NCBI GenBank assembly: GCA_964035575.1
Contig: OZ037836.1
Location: forward strand, 806,001 to 870,000
Source of the DNA: Rhynchopus sp. YZ270_cl-10
Taxonomy: Eukaryota
Reading direction: 5' to 3'
Length of the DNA: 64,000 nt
Position 1 is the stretch's first letter. Every line of letters begins with the position of its first letter. Of the stretch, positions 58,892 to 64,000 are shown in pieces. The position numbers and the translations under genes were made by a program. A model generated the notes under the pieces. That model was not told the origin of the DNA. It saw nothing but the letters and a program-made list of their open reading frames with translations, and did not search any database.

Positions 58892-60106
58892 TCACTTCGG
58901 CTCATCACACTGTTCACATGCGTTGAGGTGTCCTGGGTTGTCGAAGCAGCACAGGTCGCACATCCAGTCGGGGCCATCGCTGGCTCCTGCTGCTGCTGCT
59001 GCTGCCGCTACCGGCTGCACCACTGGCTCCACTGGCGCCACCACGACCGGGACTGCCGCAGGCATCGGAGCGACCACTGCTTCCACCGCTGTTGTCACTG
59101 CCACTGCCACTGCCTTCTCTGCTTCCACCACTGCCTCAGGTGCCGACACCACTTCTGCCTGCGGCGGAACCATTTCCACCACTTCCTTCGTCTCAGGAGG
59201 AGACCCCACCACCGCCTCCACCACATCCTCCACCTCCGGCACCGTCTCCTCCCCCCCCACCTCGGGTGACACTTCCACCCCATCGCCTTCACCTACATCC
59301 CGCATGGGTGTCATGCTTCCTTCCATTACCACCCCCATACGCGACACATATCCTTCTGCTTTGTCTGCAGGAAGCCCAGCGACGAGGTGCGGGAGGAGCG
59401 TAGCGGGGGTAACCGGGAGGCCAGCGTTGCCACTATCACAGGCTTTGGTGCACGCAGCTTGGAGGGGGTCAAGCAAGCCACGGAGCAGGGAGGTATGCTC
59501 TGCAAGGTCTGACCACGTTGCGCCGTTGGGGTTGTGTTGTGTGTTAAGCGCTGCGAGGGTGGCGGCGTACCAGACCCCGACCTTCTCGGCGTGGGTGGTG
59601 TCGAAGGCTGGGGTGGTGGTGGGGGTACGTTCAGGGGACCGTGAAGCTTCTTCTTCACGCTTCCGTTCGCGGCGTTGCGAGCGTCGTTCTTCTAATGCTT
59701 TTGCACGACGATCCATTTCGCGTTGTAGTGTCGCCGCTAGCTTGGTGTGCCGCTGCCCCCTTGCAATTCCATGCGCGGTTCTACCATTCGCGTTTCGTGC
59801 CCCAATGCGCACCGCAGTATTCGCCAGCATCCATCGAACACATCCTGCCTGATTCGCGAATGCTGCCTCATGAAGAGGGGTGTTGTTTCTCTCACAACGC
59901 GCGTTAGGGTCTGCACCGTTCCCTGCCAGGACCTCAACCACAGGAAGGTTTCCCCTCGCGCATGCAATATGCAGGGCAGTCTCCGAAAAGACACCCCCCG
60001 CATGGCCAACCTCGGCACCAGCATCTAAGGCTGCTTGCACGGCAGACAGCTCCCCATCCTTGCAGGCTTGAAATAAAGCATCGTTTTTACGAAGCTGTGT
60101 CGACAT
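58892..60106 (-). CDS. Ankyrin-repeat protein with a C-terminal RanBP2-type zinc finger
   Basis: TALHIAC..GN, TPLHEAA, GRTAHGIA; WMCDLCCFDN...ACEQC. Confidence 0.9.
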   Translation of the reverse strand: MSTQLRKNDALFQACKDGELSAVQAALDAGAEVGHAGGVFSETALHIACARGNLPVVEVLAGNGADPNARCERNNTPLHEAAFANQAGCVRWMLANTAVRIGARNANGRTAHGIARGQRHTKLAATLQREMDRRAKALEERRSQRRERKREEEASRSPERTPTTTPAFDTTHAEKVGVWYAATLAALNTQHNPNGATWSDLAEHTSLLRGLLDPLQAACTKACDSGNAGLPVTPATLLPHLVAGLPADKAEGYVSRMGVVMEGSMTPMRDVGEGDGVEVSPEVGGEETVPEVEDVVEAVVGSPPETKEVVEMVPPQAEVVSAPEAVVEAEKAVAVAVTTAVEAVVAPMPAAVPVVVAPVEPVVQPVAAAAAAAGASDGPDWMCDLCCFDNPGHLNACEQCDEPK

Positions 60107-61654
60107 GGGGAGAGAAAGAAAAGAGGGTTTTGTGGATGGTGCTAGGGGGGCGGCTGGGTGGGTGTATAGTGGTCTGAGGGGGAGGTGCAGAAAGAGTTTG
60201 GAGGAGTCCCTAAGAGAGTGTCAAAAACGCTTCGGGGTGGCTGCATTCCCTCACATTCGTGTGGGACGGGGTGCTCCATCCCATTTTTCCAAAACGTACA
60301 AAGGAGGTATCAAAACGGAGAAGGGTTGAGCTCATGCAAATGGGTGCACGACGGGACCCAGTGACAAGTGACAAGTGAAAATGACAAGTGAATGACAAGT
60401 GAAAAAGTGACAAGTAAATGACAAGTGAAATGACAAGTAAATCACTTGTCATGACAAGTGAATAGCCTATATTCCAATAGAAAATCACTTGTCATGACAA
60501 GTGACTTTTTTGAGTGACAAGTAACAAGTGAAATGACATGTGATTCACTTGTCACTTGTCACTGGGTCCCGTCATGGGGGGGTGGGGGTGGGGGGGGGGG
60601 GGGGGTAGGGGCGGTCAAATGGGTGATACAAACCCACTTTTTTCAGTTTTTGATAAAAACGCATTTCTAAGTGAATCTGACCCGAAAATGTGACACATAT
60701 CGTGTGGAAAACTGTTTGTCGGTCGGTTTTGACCCATTTTTCGGGCCCAGGAGGTGCTAAAACGTGAAAATTGAAAAATTGCCCATGATTGGTACCCCAC
60801 GTTAAGTCGTTAAGGATTTCCTTAACGATTTTCCAATTTTTGACTATTTTTGCATATTTTCACACGGAACTGCCCAAAATTAGAGAGTTTTGCCCCGAAA
60901 ACAGGGTATCGTCAATTTTTGAGCAAAAAAATCGCAAAAAAAATGAAAAAAATCGGAATTTAATTCCTTAAGGAATTGGTGGGGCCGGTACCAGTCATGG
61001 GCAATTTTTTTTTTTTTTTGGAATTTCACCATTTGGGGTGCATGTGATCCCCCTCTGGCGTGAAAACCACCCCCCACGATGTTTTTGAGAGGTTCTTGGT
61101 CAAAATTTCTACTCAATCATCCAAAATAATGCGTTTTTATCAAAAACTCGAAAAAATGACGTTTGTATCGTTTTTTAAAGTGCATTCACGGTGCGGTAGT
61201 CATCAAAATGACAACCTCAAGGACATGTCAAAGGACAACCCTCGGTGCGAGACAACCCCTAGGTTGTCAGTGACAACCTAGGGGTTGTCAAATGACAACC
61301 TGAGGTTGTCAAATGACAACCCCTAGGTTGTCATTTGACAACCTTATGCATGTGAAATGCCTTGCAACAGCCATTTTTATTGGAAATGTGGGAGGTTGGG
61401 GGGTTGGGAGGTTGGTGGTTACCTGTTTGATTGTTGATTGTTGATTGTTGATTGTTGAATGTCCATGCACTGTAAAAATTTATTTTTACAAAAAAAAAAG
61501 GAGGAGATGGGGGGATTTCTGTTTTTGTTGATTTCATGATGATTTGGGTCCCTCACCCCCTTTGTAAAAATCCCGCCCATACACATATGCAGGGGTCAAG
61601 TGACTGACGTGCCTGACTAGTGCCATTGAACACTCTCTTCGGAGTCCTCCTTGT

Positions 61655-63628
61655 TTGCCTCTGTGTCACTGGCCTCAGCAAGAGCCTCCTCCTCAGGAGC
61701 CTCCTCAGGAACTTCGTCCTCCCCAAACACGGACATCCATGACAGGACAAAAAAAAAAAAAAAAAAAAACAATGGGAATTGATCATGAAACAGTGCGGGT
61801 GGTGGGGAACATCATAGGTCGCAACAGAGTCCAGCTAGGACTGTCGATGCGTGACTGCGAAGAGATCGGAAAATTGGTGAAAGCTGTGACCGGGGCGTCA
61901 ATGGGCCTAGCGTACAAGACGTTGCAGCAGCGGGAGAAGCCGTTTAAGGATAAGGCAGAGGCTCAGGTAGGTGATGTGCAGAAATCGCTCTCTTTGCTTC
62001 TGAAGTATTTCCCCCTGCGACTGGGCGGTGACTTCCCGACCATTATCATCACGTGGGATGGGTATTCACCGTACAGTGCCTTCAGGTCCCAACTTGCACG
62101 GAAGAGGCTTGCAGTTGCTGCGACGAACGGGCTTGAAGCGACAAACTTTTTGACGGTCGCTGACAAAAAAAAATCCACCTTCCACGACTGGTGGGTTTTT
62201 ACCTTTCTGCCACAGCTCTCAAACGTTCAAGAGCGCATCCTCAGGAGGGGAGGCTTCGAATTTTCCCTCCTCTACTACAAAATCGGGGGAGATCATGCCG
62301 AGTTGGCAAGTCTCTTCAAAGGTGTCGGCCCCGGGGGACATAGAAGTGCGTTCTGTGCGACCGACCTGGACGACAGATTGTCTGCCCTGCACAACTGCAC
62401 CCGCTTGAGCCTTCAAGAAATGGACGCCTGTGGATTCGAGTGCAGCATTGCCGGGCGATTCGAGCAACCTTGTTACACGCTAACTCCGATGCTGCATGAT
62501 ACCAAGGGGGTGATGCGTTTGCTCATTAAAACCATACCGGGTGCCCGCGACGTAGAAACAAAGATCCTTGGTAAGCAGGACGGCAATATGACAGGCACGC
62601 AGTCACGAACTATCCTACGCAGCCTCATTCAGGAAAATGAGGGGAGCAAACTAATATTGTGCCAGGCCATGCAGGGCCTTTACTACTTTCGGTATAGTGA
62701 CATACCAGTGAGGTTCTTCCACACACCAAACCCAAACCCGAACGAGTCGAGGCCATACGCAAAAGATTACTTGTTCGCATTACTGTGTTATCACCTTACC
62801 GTGTATTTGCTTGAATGGGCGAATCCAGGGGTTACGAAAAGCACGTACATGCACTCAGTCGAACATTGGTTCGATGAAGAAGACGCACACAGAGTGACCG
62901 TGTCGGACGAACTGTTCGAGCATGCCAATGGGGAGAGGAAGCGTTGGACGGCATGCACCTCCCCAAATACAATGGAACGCGATTTCTTGGCATTCGAAAT
63001 TGAAACTAAACATGCAGTGCCGATGTCACCACTGGGTCCCCTAACGGACGCGCTTCCCGCACTTTGGGAGTTTGATACGTTGTGGCTGTGCAAATGCATA
63101 ACAGTAGTAGATGAGACTTGGAAAACCGCGTGCACTAACTTGGTGCAGCGACTGCAACGTGCTGGACTGGGAAAACACATAAAACGCCGAACAGGGTGGG
63201 GGCAAAAATTCTTGTCCAACCCTGATGATGAGGGTAGGGTGAAGAAGATTTGCGTGTGTAAGGAGCCATCATGGAGGGTACCCCCTGTTGTGGAAAGCAA
63301 ATCAGAACCAGAACCAGAATCAGAATCAGAGGATGCGGGCGAAAGCTATATATGCACCATCTGTACCAGACTTGGAAAACAAACAAATTTCAATACCGCG
63401 CACAAGCTCTATTGTCACTACGACGCAAATCACCGCCCTTCAATTACTTGTGCATGCAGGCAGGAATGCCCCATATGCGAACGCAATGTTTCCAAGCGAG
63501 GTTTTAGCCAGCATCTTTTGTGTAATCACTCAGAGGATATTTCCAAGAAACATTGTCCCATTTGTATGGACGTGTTTTCCTCACCGAGAGCCGTAGAAAA
63601 TCATATGTACAACATGCACGGAGAGTAG
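61655..63628 (+). CDS. Transib/RAG1-like (CMC clade) DDE transposase with three C-terminal C2H2 zinc fingers; ATG probably 61739 or 61772
   Basis: ITWDG (D), GGDHAE...G...FC (D), PMLHDTKG, TYMHSVEH, ELFEHANGERKR (E) in RAG1-core order. CTIC..H..H, CPIC..H..H, CPIC..H..H. Confidence 0.6.
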   Translation: MPLCHWPQQEPPPQEPPQELRPPQTRTSMTGQKKKKKKTMGIDHETVRVVGNIIGRNRVQLGLSMRDCEEIGKLVKAVTGASMGLAYKTLQQREKPFKDKAEAQVGDVQKSLSLLLKYFPLRLGGDFPTIIITWDGYSPYSAFRSQLARKRLAVAATNGLEATNFLTVADKKKSTFHDWWVFTFLPQLSNVQERILRRGGFEFSLLYYKIGGDHAELASLFKGVGPGGHRSAFCATDLDDRLSALHNCTRLSLQEMDACGFECSIAGRFEQPCYTLTPMLHDTKGVMRLLIKTIPGARDVETKILGKQDGNMTGTQSRTILRSLIQENEGSKLILCQAMQGLYYFRYSDIPVRFFHTPNPNPNESRPYAKDYLFALLCYHLTVYLLEWANPGVTKSTYMHSVEHWFDEEDAHRVTVSDELFEHANGERKRWTACTSPNTMERDFLAFEIETKHAVPMSPLGPLTDALPALWEFDTLWLCKCITVVDETWKTACTNLVQRLQRAGLGKHIKRRTGWGQKFLSNPDDEGRVKKICVCKEPSWRVPPVVESKSEPEPESESEDAGESYICTICTRLGKQTNFNTAHKLYCHYDANHRPSITCACRQECPICERNVSKRGFSQHLLCNHSEDISKKHCPICMDVFSSPRAVENHMYNMHGE

Positions 63629-63702
63629 TAGCCTGTTTACATTTTGTTGTTGTTGTTGTATTTTTTGTTTGTTCAGTGTTGCCTCTAGAGTGTGCTCCAC
63701 TA

Positions 63703-63821
63703 TTTGTTTGTTTGTTTGTTTGTTTGTTTGTTTGTTTGTTTGTTTGTTTGTTTGTTTGTTTGTTTGTTTGTTTGTTTGTTTGTTTGTTTGTTTGTTTGTT
63801 TGTTTGTTTGTTTGTTTGTTT
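63703..63821. repeat. (TTTG)n microsatellite
   Basis: Directly visible. Confidence 0.97.
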
Positions 63822-64000
63822 ACCGCGAATCTATACAAAGGAATGAATCCCCCTCCCCCCCCATAGCACTCGTTTTTGTTCCATCGCAATCCCATTAGTC
63901 ACACCCTCTTTCCAGGATCCAAAAACCACACCACATCATATCATGACAAGCAAGCAGACGACGATTGCAAACGACTTTTGTACTGTTTATGTGTACAAAG

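Noticed and set aside
58821..59852. 343-aa Thr/Ser-rich plus-strand ORF
   Set aside because: Antisense shadow of the ankyrin gene.
63553..63898. (FVCL)n / (KQTN)n ORFs
   Set aside because: TTTG microsatellite.

Overview
Repeat-rich eukaryotic genomic DNA with GT-AG introns, poly(A/T) tracts and nested TEs. The gene content (gag-YR-RT/RH retroelements, receptor-type cyclases) suggests a euglenozoan protist, possibly a diplonemid; this is an inference. Host genes: five minus-strand ubiquitin-like+BspA-type LRR paralogues, a tandem pair of giant PA-PA-LamG-HAMP-cyclase-like receptor genes (one disrupted), a multi-exon SPRY gene and an ankyrin/RanBP2-ZnF gene. Mobile DNA: an intact VIPER/TATE-order tyrosine-recombinase retrotransposon inside a hAT-like TIR element with an 8-bp TSD, a second such retroelement at the left edge, a mini split-direct-repeat YR element, a Sola-like transposon plus its deletion derivative, a Transib/RAG1-like transposase, a 1.7-kb foldback and many MITEs. 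Two signals stand out. (1) In both YR retroelements gag ends in CAG-stop-CCA-C with the next frame still open. In the intact copy a single TAG separates gag from a 986-codon RT/RH frame, and a UUU_CGC +1 shift motif just before it leads into the overlapping YR frame. (2) Two different inserts sit at exactly the same codon (Ubl/LRR junction) in two LRR paralogues, each flanked by an 18-19 bp direct repeat and with shared terminal motifs. All alignments were made by eye; no searches were run.
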